Source of the DNA: Planctomycetota bacterium
Lineage (GTDB): Bacteria; Planctomycetota; Planctomycetia; Pirellulales; Lacipirellulaceae
NCBI GenBank assembly: GCA_039190745.1
Contig: JBCCXZ010000001.1
Location: 32,001-96,000 of the forward strand
Length of the DNA: 64,000 nucleotides
Reading direction: 5' to 3'
Made by a program: the position numbers and the translations under genes. Positions 51,210 to 60,521 of the stretch are shown piece by piece. The notes under the pieces were generated by a model. It searched no databases and was not told the DNA's origin. It was given only the letters and a program-made list of their open reading frames with translations. Position 1 is the first letter of the stretch. Each line of letters starts with the position of its first letter.

Positions 51210-51548
51210 TCAATCGGTTTTCTCTGGTAGTTCCTCCTCCTCGATATCGAACCGAGACGAGTGGCGGATGCGTAGCACATAGACCGTGCCGCCGTCGATC
51301 GTGAAGAGGATGCGGTGCTTCTGTCGCTTCGCGGTGCGGTAAACGAGTTGCCGCACGTCCATGCTCAGGCGTTCGTTTTCGTGAACAAGCCCGCAGCGCT
51401 CTGGGTTGTTCCGGAGCGAAGCGATTGCTAGCTCGATGCCATCGTTCCAACGCTTGGCGAACGGCTTAGAGTAGTGCTCAGCGTACCAGCAGACGGCGTC
51501 GCGCTGATCTCGCTTCGCAGTGCTGGTGACTTGGAGGACGTAGGTCAT
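51210..51548 (-). CDS. Type II toxin, RelE/ParE family
   Basis: TSTAKRD..SLRNNPERC..RQL..HRILFTID..VYVLRIRH pattern. ATGA overlap with the antitoxin gene. Confidence 0.88.
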   Translation of the reverse strand: MTYVLQVTSTAKRDQRDAVCWYAEHYSKPFAKRWNDGIELAIASLRNNPERCGLVHENERLSMDVRQLVYRTAKRQKHRILFTIDGGTVYVLRIRHSSRFDIEEEELPEKTD

Positions 51549-51781
51549 TCGTCCTTGAGGAAGGGCAGCTCCCGGCGAAGCTCGGCCTGCACCTCTTCGA
51601 AACGCTGAGTGCGGCCGGCCCGCAGGTCGGCGATGCCTTCCTCGATGGCGGCGACCTCTTCGTCTTGGGCTTGCAGCGAACGGATTGCCTGCAGCAGCAC
51701 GTCGGCCTCGGATGCGTACTCGCCCGACGCGACTTTCTGCTTCACGATGCGTTCGACAGGTTCTGGGAGTTCCATGGCCAT
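51545..51781 (-). CDS. Type II antitoxin, ParD-like ribbon-helix-helix
   Basis: LPEPVERIVKQKVASGEYASEADVL..AIEEGIADLRAGR. Confidence 0.88.
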   Translation of the reverse strand: MAMELPEPVERIVKQKVASGEYASEADVLLQAIRSLQAQDEEVAAIEEGIADLRAGRTQRFEEVQAELRRELPFLKDE

Positions 51782-51787
51782 GCTTTC

Positions 51788-51796
51788 ACTATAGCA
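51788..51796 (-). promoter_or_regulatory. Extended -10 promoter of the TA operon (probably leaderless)
   Basis: TGCTATAGT ends 6 nt before the ATG at 51781. No SD sequence. Confidence 0.5.
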
Positions 51797-51829
51797 CGCA
51801 CAACACGCCCACACCCAGCTCTGTGGCGG

Positions 51830-53209
51830 CTACAGCCGCAGCAGCTCTAGCGGCGACTGCCAGAAGACCGTCGGCGGGAAGAGCACGCCGGCTAGGGTTT
51901 GCGTCGCCTCGTCGGGGAGCAGCTCGGCATTCTGCGGGCCACGGGTGTTGCCGGTGAGGAGGTCGTAGAGGGCGGCGTCGTTCGGGGGCGGGGCGCCGTT
52001 GGAGGCGGTGTGCTCGAGGCGGGAACTGCGGCGCGTGACGACCACGGTGCTCTGTGCACTGCCGCGTTGGAGGTTGAGCGACACCGGTCGAGGGATGTCG
52101 GCCGCGCGGGTGCGTTCTTGCAGCACGGGGTAGAGCCGCTCGACCCAACGCTCGGGGGAGAGCATGCGGTAGAGCCAACGCCGGTCTTGCGGGGCGCGGG
52201 GAGAGACCCACTCGCCGCCGGCGGTGACGACCATCACCTGGTGGAGCGGGTCGCTCGCGGGGGTGTGCAGCGAAAGGAAGTGGTGGTTGCGGTCGATCGC
52301 GTCGCGGCCGGCGCGGATCATCAGGGCCTTGGCGGCGTTGGGGTACTCGGGCAGCGTGTGCATCTCGACGATGCGCCAGTCCCGGATAGCCGCGTAGCCG
52401 ACGACGTCGCCGCGGGGCACGCCCGAGTCGGGGTCGTCCGACGGAGTGGCGGGAGTTTCTCGCGACCCCGGGTCGACCGCGACCAGGATGTGGTCGATCG
52501 CCTTACGCCCGACGAGCCATTGCCAGTGCTGCTCGCAGCGGTACTCGCACCCCCAGTGGGCGGGGGCGACGCGGTCGTAGACGTTGCGTAGGGCGTCGAG
52601 CTCGACGTGCCGCCAGGTGCGGACTTCGAGCTTCTGCATCTTGTCATGCTGCAGCAGCGACTGCTTGGGCGGCGGGGCGTCGAGGTGCGCCAGCAAGGCA
52701 CGGGTATCGGCGCGGGAGAAGCCTTGGCTGCGCCAGGGGAGCCACTGCCGGTCGGCGAGCACCCGGTGGGAGTCGGTGCAGGCGATGGCGAGGACGGCGC
52801 CTTCCTGGACGGCGCAGGCTTCGGCTTGATTGAAGAGCTCCTGCTCACCGGGCCCGCCGCGGTACTCGGGGAGGACGGCAACGTCGCGGAGCGCGACGAT
52901 CGGCACCCGCACGCCCTGGAACCAGAGCGTCTGGTTCACGAGGTGGACGTGGCCGACCGGGCGTTGGTCGTGCATCAAGAGGAGGCGGTCGCAGGCGTCG
53001 TAGCCCGGCCGATCGAGTCGGCTGGCGAAGTCCTCGCTATTGTCGCCGCCGCGGGCGGAGTCGAGCAGCTTGAGGATGAGGCCGTGGTCGCCGAAGTTGC
53101 CGGTGACGACCTTGAGCCCGCCTCTCGCGACGCCTAGCAGCGTGCGTTCGACGCCGGGCACGCCCTGAGGGTTGCCCGTCACGCTCTGCGGGTCAGTCGT
53201 GTTGCTCAT
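51830..53209 (-). CDS. GNAT N-acetyltransferase, Eis-like tandem architecture
   Basis: VGHVHL..VAVLPEYRGG acetyl-CoA motif, second GNAT-like half (VVGYAAIR), short C-terminal domain. Confidence 0.72.
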   Translation of the reverse strand: MSNTTDPQSVTGNPQGVPGVERTLLGVARGGLKVVTGNFGDHGLILKLLDSARGGDNSEDFASRLDRPGYDACDRLLLMHDQRPVGHVHLVNQTLWFQGVRVPIVALRDVAVLPEYRGGPGEQELFNQAEACAVQEGAVLAIACTDSHRVLADRQWLPWRSQGFSRADTRALLAHLDAPPPKQSLLQHDKMQKLEVRTWRHVELDALRNVYDRVAPAHWGCEYRCEQHWQWLVGRKAIDHILVAVDPGSRETPATPSDDPDSGVPRGDVVGYAAIRDWRIVEMHTLPEYPNAAKALMIRAGRDAIDRNHHFLSLHTPASDPLHQVMVVTAGGEWVSPRAPQDRRWLYRMLSPERWVERLYPVLQERTRAADIPRPVSLNLQRGSAQSTVVVTRRSSRLEHTASNGAPPPNDAALYDLLTGNTRGPQNAELLPDEATQTLAGVLFPPTVFWQSPLELLRL

Positions 53210-53428
53210 CGGCGCGAGTCACCCGGTCCTTGGACGAGCTGCCGCGGTCTGCCTGGAAGGCCTTCCGCAACGCTGTTCAACGCGGCGTGTCGCTTGTGCC
53301 GTGGTTCCGTAGAAGTGCGCGTCGCAGGCCGCGTGGTGCGGCTTGTCGGTCGGCACGACGCCGAAAGCAGGACGGCTCAAGTCCGCCTCGTCCCAGCATG
53401 CCCTATATCGAGCCTATGCGATGGGCGT

Positions 53429-55024
53429 TCAGAAATCTAGCAGGAAGTTCCGTACAACGTCTTCGGGGAATAGGCAGAATGAGTACTCTCGCGAGCCTAG
53501 CACGCGAGCGTTTCGTGCGGCGCATCGGGCTTGTTCGAGGGACTCTTCGATCTTCGACCGCTCGGGGTCGATCAGTTGTCGCAGCGACGCGTTGGCTTGG
53601 TCGATGGCCCGGTGGCGCTCGGCCGCGTTCGCTGCGGTCTTCTCGGTTGCGATCCATTCGGCCTTGGTCTTGGAGAGCAGCTCTGCTTCGCGGCGTGCTT
53701 CGACGGGCAAATGCACCGAGGGCAATAGACGCTCTGGGTGGAACCGCGCATCGCGGAGCCGCATCGCTGCCTCGGCTGCGCGTTGGTTGGCGCGGGTGTC
53801 GATCTCCGTCGGCAGACGCAGCGTTCCGGAGAGCGTGGCGTGCGGGGGCGGGGGAGAGCCGAAGAGCTGCTGGCAGACGCGGTCGGTGATCTGGTCGTAC
53901 TTGGCGCCGCCGATGCCGTGGATAAACAAGTCGCTGACGAAGTAGCGGAAGAAGGCGGTCGTCATCAGGGCACGCGTGCGGACCTTGATGCCTCTGTCCG
54001 CGAGAACCGCGAGGGCGTCTGCAATTGCCGCGGCGTCTCCGGCCGGCAGCGTGGCGAGCGGCTGTTGGCGGTTGGACAGTTCAATGTCGTTGCCTAGGCG
54101 GCGTGCGACCACGCCGCGGCGGGTGGGGTCGGCATCGGTCCAGGCCCAGAGCGGCAGTTCGTGCCAGCCGTCTTCCACGGCGAGGTCGGGCATAGGCTGG
54201 GCGTTAGTCCGCAGGCGGTGGGCGCGGCGGTAGTCGGCCAGGCATTCGTTGTACACCGGGGCGACCCGTTCGTGCTGGTGGATCAGAGAGGCGACTAGCC
54301 AGCGGAAGCCCGAGGTCTCTGCAAGACCGCTTAGCGGGACCTGCAGGAGGGGGATGCCCCAGTCGCTTTCGCGGCGGTGGCGGGCCTCGGCGATGCCGCG
54401 GGAAAGGCAATCCGTCGCCTTGCAACGATCAACGACCGTCGGCCACCAGCCTTGGACAAGCGGGTTTTCGAGAACGCTCGCCCCGGACTCGGCGACGCGG
54501 GCTGCAAACGAGTCGAGGAGGCCGTGATCGCGGACTCGGCGCTGCTCGTGAGGGACGGGTGTGTCTGAGGCGTCGAAGGCTACGGGCGTGTACGCGGCGT
54601 TGCCGTTGTCGATGAGGGGGACCCGGATCGACGGGGTGCGGGCGAGGTCGCTGTCGATAACGACGTTGAGTGCGGCGCCGCCCAGCTGCTGGGCAAGCTG
54701 CGACGCAGCGGAGTTCTTCAGCCAGACGCCGGGGTGATATAGCTCGGGCTGGTGGCCCGTGACGATCAACGGCTGCGCCGGGTCGGCGTTGGGGAGCGCG
54801 TCGAGGTACTGTGAGGAGCCGCGTTTTGCCGCTTGGAGGGTCTCTTGACGGGTCTCGCGGGCAAGCTCGGCGAGCGGGCGGCCGAGCAACTCGGCGCGGT
54901 TCGCCTGGATCGCTTCGCGGTTGTGTTGGATAAGGCTTGGCCAGTCTTGCCAGCGCGGGACGGCGAGTCTCTCGCCGTCTTCGGTGGGCGCCCGGAAACG
55001 GCAGTATCCCTCGCCGCCGGTCAT
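53429..55024 (-). CDS. Uncharacterised BshC/WbqC-like protein (putative aminoacyl/ligase-type transferase)
   Basis: LIVTGHQPELYHPGVWLKN, NVVIDSD, LFIHGIGGAKYD, C-terminal coiled coil. ATGA overlap with the GT2 stop codon. Confidence 0.6.
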   Translation of the reverse strand: MTGGEGYCRFRAPTEDGERLAVPRWQDWPSLIQHNREAIQANRAELLGRPLAELARETRQETLQAAKRGSSQYLDALPNADPAQPLIVTGHQPELYHPGVWLKNSAASQLAQQLGGAALNVVIDSDLARTPSIRVPLIDNGNAAYTPVAFDASDTPVPHEQRRVRDHGLLDSFAARVAESGASVLENPLVQGWWPTVVDRCKATDCLSRGIAEARHRRESDWGIPLLQVPLSGLAETSGFRWLVASLIHQHERVAPVYNECLADYRRAHRLRTNAQPMPDLAVEDGWHELPLWAWTDADPTRRGVVARRLGNDIELSNRQQPLATLPAGDAAAIADALAVLADRGIKVRTRALMTTAFFRYFVSDLFIHGIGGAKYDQITDRVCQQLFGSPPPPHATLSGTLRLPTEIDTRANQRAAEAAMRLRDARFHPERLLPSVHLPVEARREAELLSKTKAEWIATEKTAANAAERHRAIDQANASLRQLIDPERSKIEESLEQARCAARNARVLGSREYSFCLFPEDVVRNFLLDF

Positions 55025-55797
55025 GAACACCCGGCGAGCGTCGGGGCGGATTGGCCCGCGCGCTCGCGGGAGCGGCGCTGCGCTCGCCGCATCGCGTCCT
55101 CAATCACTTGGCGGTAGTAGGACAGGCGCGTCTCGGAGTCGTCGAGGTTGCCGCCGAAGGATCGCTCTTCGTCGAGGTAGATCAGCGGGACAGCGACCTC
55201 GCGGACGGTGAGCCCGGCGCAGGCGGCCTGGACCCATAGTTCGAGGGGCATGGCGTAGCCGGTCTCTTGCAGGCTGAGCTTCGCGAGGGCCGCGACGCGG
55301 TAGGCTTTGAAGCCACAGAAGGCGTCGGTGAGTTCGAGCCCGAGCTGCTGGTTGAGTTCGGCGGTGATCGTTTGGTTGATGCGTCGGCGGTCGGCGGGAG
55401 CCAGGTTGGGGTCGGTGTCCAGGCCGAGGTACCGGCTGCCGGAGACGATGTCCGCACCCCCGCAGGCCTGGGCGAGCTGCTGGATGCGTTGGGGTTCGTG
55501 CTGGCCGTCGCAGTCGATGGTGACCAGCATGTCGTAGCGGTGGAGTATGGCGAACTCGAAGGCCGTGCGGAGGGCGGCCCCGTAGCCCTGGTTCTCTGGG
55601 TGGAGGTGGACGAAGACGTCATTGCGCTTGGCGAGACGCTCGCGGGTTCCGTCGGTCGACCCGTCGTCGATCACGAGCACATCGGTCGCGTGCTTGACAA
55701 CCTCGTCGAGCACTTCGGTGACGTGGGCGGCTTCGTTGTAGACGGGCAGGGCGGTGAGGAATCGCGCAGAGCAATCAGCGGGAAACGGATTCGGCAT
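55021..55797 (-). CDS. Glycosyltransferase family 2, DPM1/polyprenol-phosphate hexosyltransferase-like
   Basis: LPVYNE, IDDGSTDGT, NQGYGAA, TIDCDGQH, VSGSRY, LTDAFCGFKAYR. Confidence 0.9.
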   Translation of the reverse strand: MPNPFPADCSARFLTALPVYNEAAHVTEVLDEVVKHATDVLVIDDGSTDGTRERLAKRNDVFVHLHPENQGYGAALRTAFEFAILHRYDMLVTIDCDGQHEPQRIQQLAQACGGADIVSGSRYLGLDTDPNLAPADRRRINQTITAELNQQLGLELTDAFCGFKAYRVAALAKLSLQETGYAMPLELWVQAACAGLTVREVAVPLIYLDEERSFGGNLDDSETRLSYYRQVIEDAMRRAQRRSRERAGQSAPTLAGCS

Positions 55798-56006
55798 GCG
55801 GGGAGCACCGGGGGGAGCAAAACGGGTGAACGACTCGGCCGGATCAGACGCTCCCGGGCCGCTGTCGCTGCCGACCCCGAGCCGGTTTCGCGGCTGGGCG
55901 TGGGCGGGCTCCAAGAATCGGTGCTCTGCCAAGACCCACTTATTTTAGGCGTGCCGGTCGGACGGAACAAGCAAGCACGCTGGGCGGCCGGACCTGGGCG
56001 CCTGAT

Positions 56007-56801
56007 TCAGGCCTGGCGGAGGGGGTCGCGTTCGTCTTGGCTTGCCCAGACACGGACGTCGGGGAGCTGTTCGCCGAGGTAGTCGGCCAGCGCTTCCATC
56101 GCGAAGCGTTCGCTGGCGTAGTGCCCGGGCAAGATAAGCGAGATCCCCAACGCCTCGGCTTCGAGGCAGGTGTGGAAGGCTGCCTCGCCGGTGAGCATGC
56201 AATCGCAACGGCGGCTGGCCGCGTGGGCGAGCATCGACCCACCGCTGCCGCAGGCGATGGCCACGCTCTGCACGGTTCGGTCGTCGGGCCCGACTACCCG
56301 GAGTGTCGGGATGCCGAGGAAAGACTTCACGCGGGCGACCAGCTCTTCGAGCCTCACCGATTCGCCGACCAGTCCGTACCGACCGGCTCCGACATCGGCG
56401 GCGTGCGGGCTATCGGCGACCGCGAGCGGCTGGATGCCGTGCAGGTCGAGCCCGAGGGCGAGGTGGGCGTTGATGCCGGTTTCGGCGGAGTCGAAAGCGG
56501 TGTGCGCGCTGTAGACGGCGACGCCCGCTCCGGCGAGGTCCAGGAGGAGTTTGCCCTGAGGGTCGGCGGTGGTGAGCCGTTGCACGGGCCGGAACATGAC
56601 CGGGTGGTGCGAGACGACGAGCTGGGCCGACTCGCGGACCGCCTCGGCGGCGGTTGCCGGCGTGAGCGTGAGACAGGTCATCACACGCTGGACGGGCCGC
56701 TCGGGGTCGCCGACCAAGAGTCCGACGTTGTCCCAGTCTTCGGCGAGTTCGAGGGGGGCGAACTGCTTAAGGATGTCGACGACGTGGCTGACTTGGGGCA
56801 T
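56007..56801 (-). CDS. Nif3-like dinuclear metal centre protein (DUF34)
   Basis: LAEDWDNVGLLVG, SHHP, HTAFD, ACGSGG, TGE, GHYASE. Confidence 0.93.
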   Translation of the reverse strand: MPQVSHVVDILKQFAPLELAEDWDNVGLLVGDPERPVQRVMTCLTLTPATAAEAVRESAQLVVSHHPVMFRPVQRLTTADPQGKLLLDLAGAGVAVYSAHTAFDSAETGINAHLALGLDLHGIQPLAVADSPHAADVGAGRYGLVGESVRLEELVARVKSFLGIPTLRVVGPDDRTVQSVAIACGSGGSMLAHAASRRCDCMLTGEAAFHTCLEAEALGISLILPGHYASERFAMEALADYLGEQLPDVRVWASQDERDPLRQA

Positions 56802-57048
56802 CGTGCTGGTGTGCCGGAGGACGGGATGCGCTAGGCGGCGCATGGTACTTGCTGGCAAAGCGGCCGGCAAGCTGCGCGTCTTCTGGGTGGCGCCGACTGT
56901 CGGTGTCGTTTGCGACACGAGGTGATTGATTCTCGGAAGTAGAACGGTCCGCCTCTTGTGCTGCGCACACGGACAATCGGCCGACAGGCATTTGCTCGAT
57001 GGCGTGCGTTTCGCGGCCGACAGTCCGTGCCACCCGGGGGGGCGGCCG

Positions 57049-59667
57049 CTACTCCTCGGCGATGATCCGGTGATTGAAGACCCGCGGGCCGTCGACTTCT
57101 TCGATCCGGAGCCACAGTTCCTTGCCGAGCAGTTCCTTGCCGTTGGCGTAGCGGTAGGTCTTCAGGTCGTACTCGGGGCCGAGCTTGAAGACGCGCATCT
57201 GCTGCCGGCGCCTGCTCTCTGCGTAGAGCGAGCACTTGAAGTCGAGGAACTCGCCGGAGTGGTTGATCATCCGCTGCTCGATAATGAGGTTGCCGTCGTC
57301 GGTCAGGCGGGTGTGGACGTCGAGCTCGATCTCCGCGTCTCCGACTTCCAGGTTTCGGAAGACGCTGAACTCGTAGTCGGTGTCGGCGACGAAACGCAGG
57401 GTGGCGGTGATCGGGGCGTCGCCGCTGTCGGCGTTGAAGGGCAGCACGACCTCGAAGGGCCTGCGGGTGGTCTCTCCGGCGGCGAGCTTGAACTCAATCT
57501 TCTGCGGCACGATCTGCCAGCCGTCGGGCCCCTGGAGTTCGACCGTGCCGCCGGCGCCCTGCTTGAAGTTGTTGGTGATGACGATCTGGTTGCGGTGCGC
57601 GATGCCGAAGACGCTGGGGATACGCGGGCTCTCGAAGCCGACGCTGAGCCGCATCTTCGCGACGTGCGGGTTGACGCCGACGACGAAGGTGGGCTGGGGC
57701 GAGACCTCGATCAACTGCCGGGCGCCCCGGGTTTTGTGCGGCTTGACCCGGCCCCAGATATCGAGCTGCTGGACCGAGCGGTCGTCGCCGAGGAAGATTT
57801 CTTCGGTGGTCGGGTTGCGGTTCCAGACGACCATCAGGACGCGGCCGTCGGTGGTCTGAAAGAGCCGGTTCTCGCTGTCGCCCTTCAGGCGGATCTGCCC
57901 CAGGTACTCGGCTCCGCTGAGCAGGAAGGCGGTAGTCCGCCAGGGCAGGAACAGTTCGCCGGGCGTGCCCTCGGTCTCCATGATGCCCTTGTCCGAGTCG
58001 AAAGGCCGCGAGATGAAGATGCCCTCGGCCCCGTGGATCTTCGCGGCGAGCATCTGGTCGACCAGATCGCGGGAACGGTCTTCCAGCGAGTAGTGCTGCC
58101 GTGAGAGCGGTTCGACCAACACCCAGCGGAGCGTCTGTTCGCGCTTGGGTAGTTGGAGGTAAGTGCCCAGCTCTTGGCCGGTGAGCGCGGGGGAGGCGGA
58201 GAACTGCTGGAACTCCCAGGTGGCGGTCCTCTCCGACTCGGTGGACTCGTTCCATGGCCAGCCGAAGCCGATGTTCACGTCCTGGCCGAAGCGGAACAGC
58301 TGGCTGCGGAGCTTGCGGATTTCGGTTTCGAGGTCGTTGAAGTCGGCGAAGCTGGTGTCGTCGTCCAGGCCGAACTGCCACCACCGCACGCGGAGCGAGA
58401 GCCGTGTGAGCACCGCGTCGAGCGACGGGAGCCAGCTGGAGGGTTCGACCGAGAGGAGGTCGGCGATGGTGATGCTGCGGTCGACCTTTTGGCCCAGCTC
58501 GAGGTCAGAGGGCGGGCGGTCGACGACGCCGACCACCTCGATTTCGTCGGCCCCGAGCAGCTCGGTAAATACCACGAGCTCGTCGCCCCGTTCCGGCTCG
58601 GACTGTCCGTACCAGACGGGCAGCTTGACCCAGCTGACCGCGGCGCGGGGCAGGAGCAGGCGGAGGTGCTCGAAGGAGAGCGGGATGTCTTGCCCGGCAA
58701 GCGACCAGCCGAACTCGCCGCGGTCGGGTTTGGTCAAAGGCGGCACGACGGCGATGGACTTGATGCGTTGGTCCATCCGCCCGCGGTCGGTCTGCATGGT
58801 GACCCGCACGCGGTAGAAACCGTGGGTTTTGATCGGCGGGTGCCAGGAGGTGCTGCCCTCGTAGCTCTTGCGTTGCGAGTCGGGGTCGACGATCTCGGAG
58901 GCCTTGCTGCGCTTCTCGGTGATGAGCTTGCCCTGGATCTGCAGCGAGCTCTTCGATTTGATGTGGCTGCTCGCGTCGAGCAGCTCGAACAGGATGTCGG
59001 GGTCCTGCTCACGGATTCCAGATAGGGAGCAGGTGACCATCACCTTGCTGGGGTCGTCGTAGACGTTGAAGGGGCTTCCCGTAACGACGGACATCTTGGG
59101 GAGCCGCGCGATCCAGATGTCGTCGATGGCGACCTCGCCTTCGAGGTCGGCGTGCTGGCCGCGTTCGACCTCGAGCGTGAACCGGGCGAGGGTCGCGTCG
59201 GGGTTGGCGTCTTTGACCGGGCCGATGTGCAGGTTGACCCAGCCGTTGGTGTTCTGGACCCACTCGCTGGGGAACGAGCTGAGCACCTCGTGCTTGTCGT
59301 TGCAGAAGTCGAGCCGGACCCGGGAGCGGGCGTACTGGATGCCCGAGGCGCGGATCCTCGCCTCCATGGCGTAGCTGAATTTGCGGGACATCGAGGCGAG
59401 CGGGCCGCTCACCAGGGCGCTGCCGCCGTTCATGTGCACGGTGAGGCATCGGCCCGCTTGGGCGGTTTCGTCGTCCTCGAGCAGCACATCGACGTAGCGG
59501 GGGTGATCGGTGCTGTAATGCCGGCGCCACTTGTCGGGCCAGTTGTCGTAGTTGACGTCGCGGGTGAAGTTGCACTCGTAGACGACCACCGCGTCGGGGT
59601 GGCGGTCTTGGCTACCGCGGGCAACGGGAGCGGCTAGAATCAGGGCCAGGATGCAGAGGGGACGCAT
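57049..59667 (-). CDS. Large secreted multidomain protein (CBM-like, TIM-barrel-like and Ig/NEW3-like parts)
   Basis: Signal peptide MRPLCILALILAAPVARG, jelly-roll-like N-terminus ending IDDIWI, C-terminal GTVELQGPDGWQIVP..LAAGE. Confidence 0.72.
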   Translation of the reverse strand: MRPLCILALILAAPVARGSQDRHPDAVVVYECNFTRDVNYDNWPDKWRRHYSTDHPRYVDVLLEDDETAQAGRCLTVHMNGGSALVSGPLASMSRKFSYAMEARIRASGIQYARSRVRLDFCNDKHEVLSSFPSEWVQNTNGWVNLHIGPVKDANPDATLARFTLEVERGQHADLEGEVAIDDIWIARLPKMSVVTGSPFNVYDDPSKVMVTCSLSGIREQDPDILFELLDASSHIKSKSSLQIQGKLITEKRSKASEIVDPDSQRKSYEGSTSWHPPIKTHGFYRVRVTMQTDRGRMDQRIKSIAVVPPLTKPDRGEFGWSLAGQDIPLSFEHLRLLLPRAAVSWVKLPVWYGQSEPERGDELVVFTELLGADEIEVVGVVDRPPSDLELGQKVDRSITIADLLSVEPSSWLPSLDAVLTRLSLRVRWWQFGLDDDTSFADFNDLETEIRKLRSQLFRFGQDVNIGFGWPWNESTESERTATWEFQQFSASPALTGQELGTYLQLPKREQTLRWVLVEPLSRQHYSLEDRSRDLVDQMLAAKIHGAEGIFISRPFDSDKGIMETEGTPGELFLPWRTTAFLLSGAEYLGQIRLKGDSENRLFQTTDGRVLMVVWNRNPTTEEIFLGDDRSVQQLDIWGRVKPHKTRGARQLIEVSPQPTFVVGVNPHVAKMRLSVGFESPRIPSVFGIAHRNQIVITNNFKQGAGGTVELQGPDGWQIVPQKIEFKLAAGETTRRPFEVVLPFNADSGDAPITATLRFVADTDYEFSVFRNLEVGDAEIELDVHTRLTDDGNLIIEQRMINHSGEFLDFKCSLYAESRRRQQMRVFKLGPEYDLKTYRYANGKELLGKELWLRIEEVDGPRVFNHRIIAEE

Positions 59668-59731
59668 AGCTGGGGGCCGCCGTGGGGCGATCCGGCGGGG
59701 GCTACGTTTGGCGGGCGGGGAGGATCGGCAC

Positions 59732-60514
59732 GTGCATAGCTTGAAGACCGCGGCGCAGACCGGCTGCTTCCGGCAGACCTTCAGGAAAGCATTGCACACC
59801 GCTGCGCAGATCGGGTGTACCGGCGTGGAAATCGATGCCCGCGAGGAGCTGCGGCCTTCCGATTTGAGCGATACGGGGCTGCGGCAGCTGCGGAAATTGC
59901 TGGATGATCTGAATCTGAGGGTCGCGGCGGTCGCTTTCCCAACCCGCGGAGGCTTCGGCGAGCCGGCCCGGCAGCAGCAGCGAGTGGACGCGGCGCTGGC
60001 GGCAATGCAGATGGCGTCGCGGCTCGGGTGCCGCGCGATGCTGGTGAACGTGCAAGACGCTGACCGGGCGGAAAAGGGCGGGCCGCTGCACGCGGCGTTG
60101 GAGCTGCTCGCCGACCGGGGGCTGCATTACGGCGTGCAATTGGTCGGACGCGGCGGGGCCGTCCCGGCGGCTGCGCTCGGCACGCTTGCGGAGTCGCTGC
60201 CCGAGCACGGATTGCTCTTCGACATCGATCCCGGAGAGATCGTTTCTTCCGGCGGCAGCGTGGCCGAGCAGCTCGGCGGGCTGGGCGCTCGGGTGGGTTC
60301 GGTCCACGCGACCGACGCCTACCGCGACCTGGGGGCTGGGGCCGGCGTGGAAGTGCAGCTCGGACGGGGGGCGGTCGACTACGCCGAGGTGCTGGGGCTG
60401 CTGGAAGAGTTTGACTACCGAGGCTGGCTGACCGTGGCACGACGCGGCGGAGACCAGCCGGCCCAGGACATGGCCGCGGCGGTGAAGTTCCTCGAAGCCG
60501 TGGCCCGGGGGTAG
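59732..60514 (+). CDS. Sugar-phosphate isomerase/epimerase family (xylose-isomerase-like TIM barrel)
   Basis: GCTGVEID, DIDPG, VHATD, LGRGAVDY, DYRGWLTV. Confidence 0.8.
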   Translation: MHSLKTAAQTGCFRQTFRKALHTAAQIGCTGVEIDAREELRPSDLSDTGLRQLRKLLDDLNLRVAAVAFPTRGGFGEPARQQQRVDAALAAMQMASRLGCRAMLVNVQDADRAEKGGPLHAALELLADRGLHYGVQLVGRGGAVPAAALGTLAESLPEHGLLFDIDPGEIVSSGGSVAEQLGGLGARVGSVHATDAYRDLGAGAGVEVQLGRGAVDYAEVLGLLEEFDYRGWLTVARRGGDQPAQDMAAAVKFLEAVARG

Positions 60515-60521
60515 CGCGACG

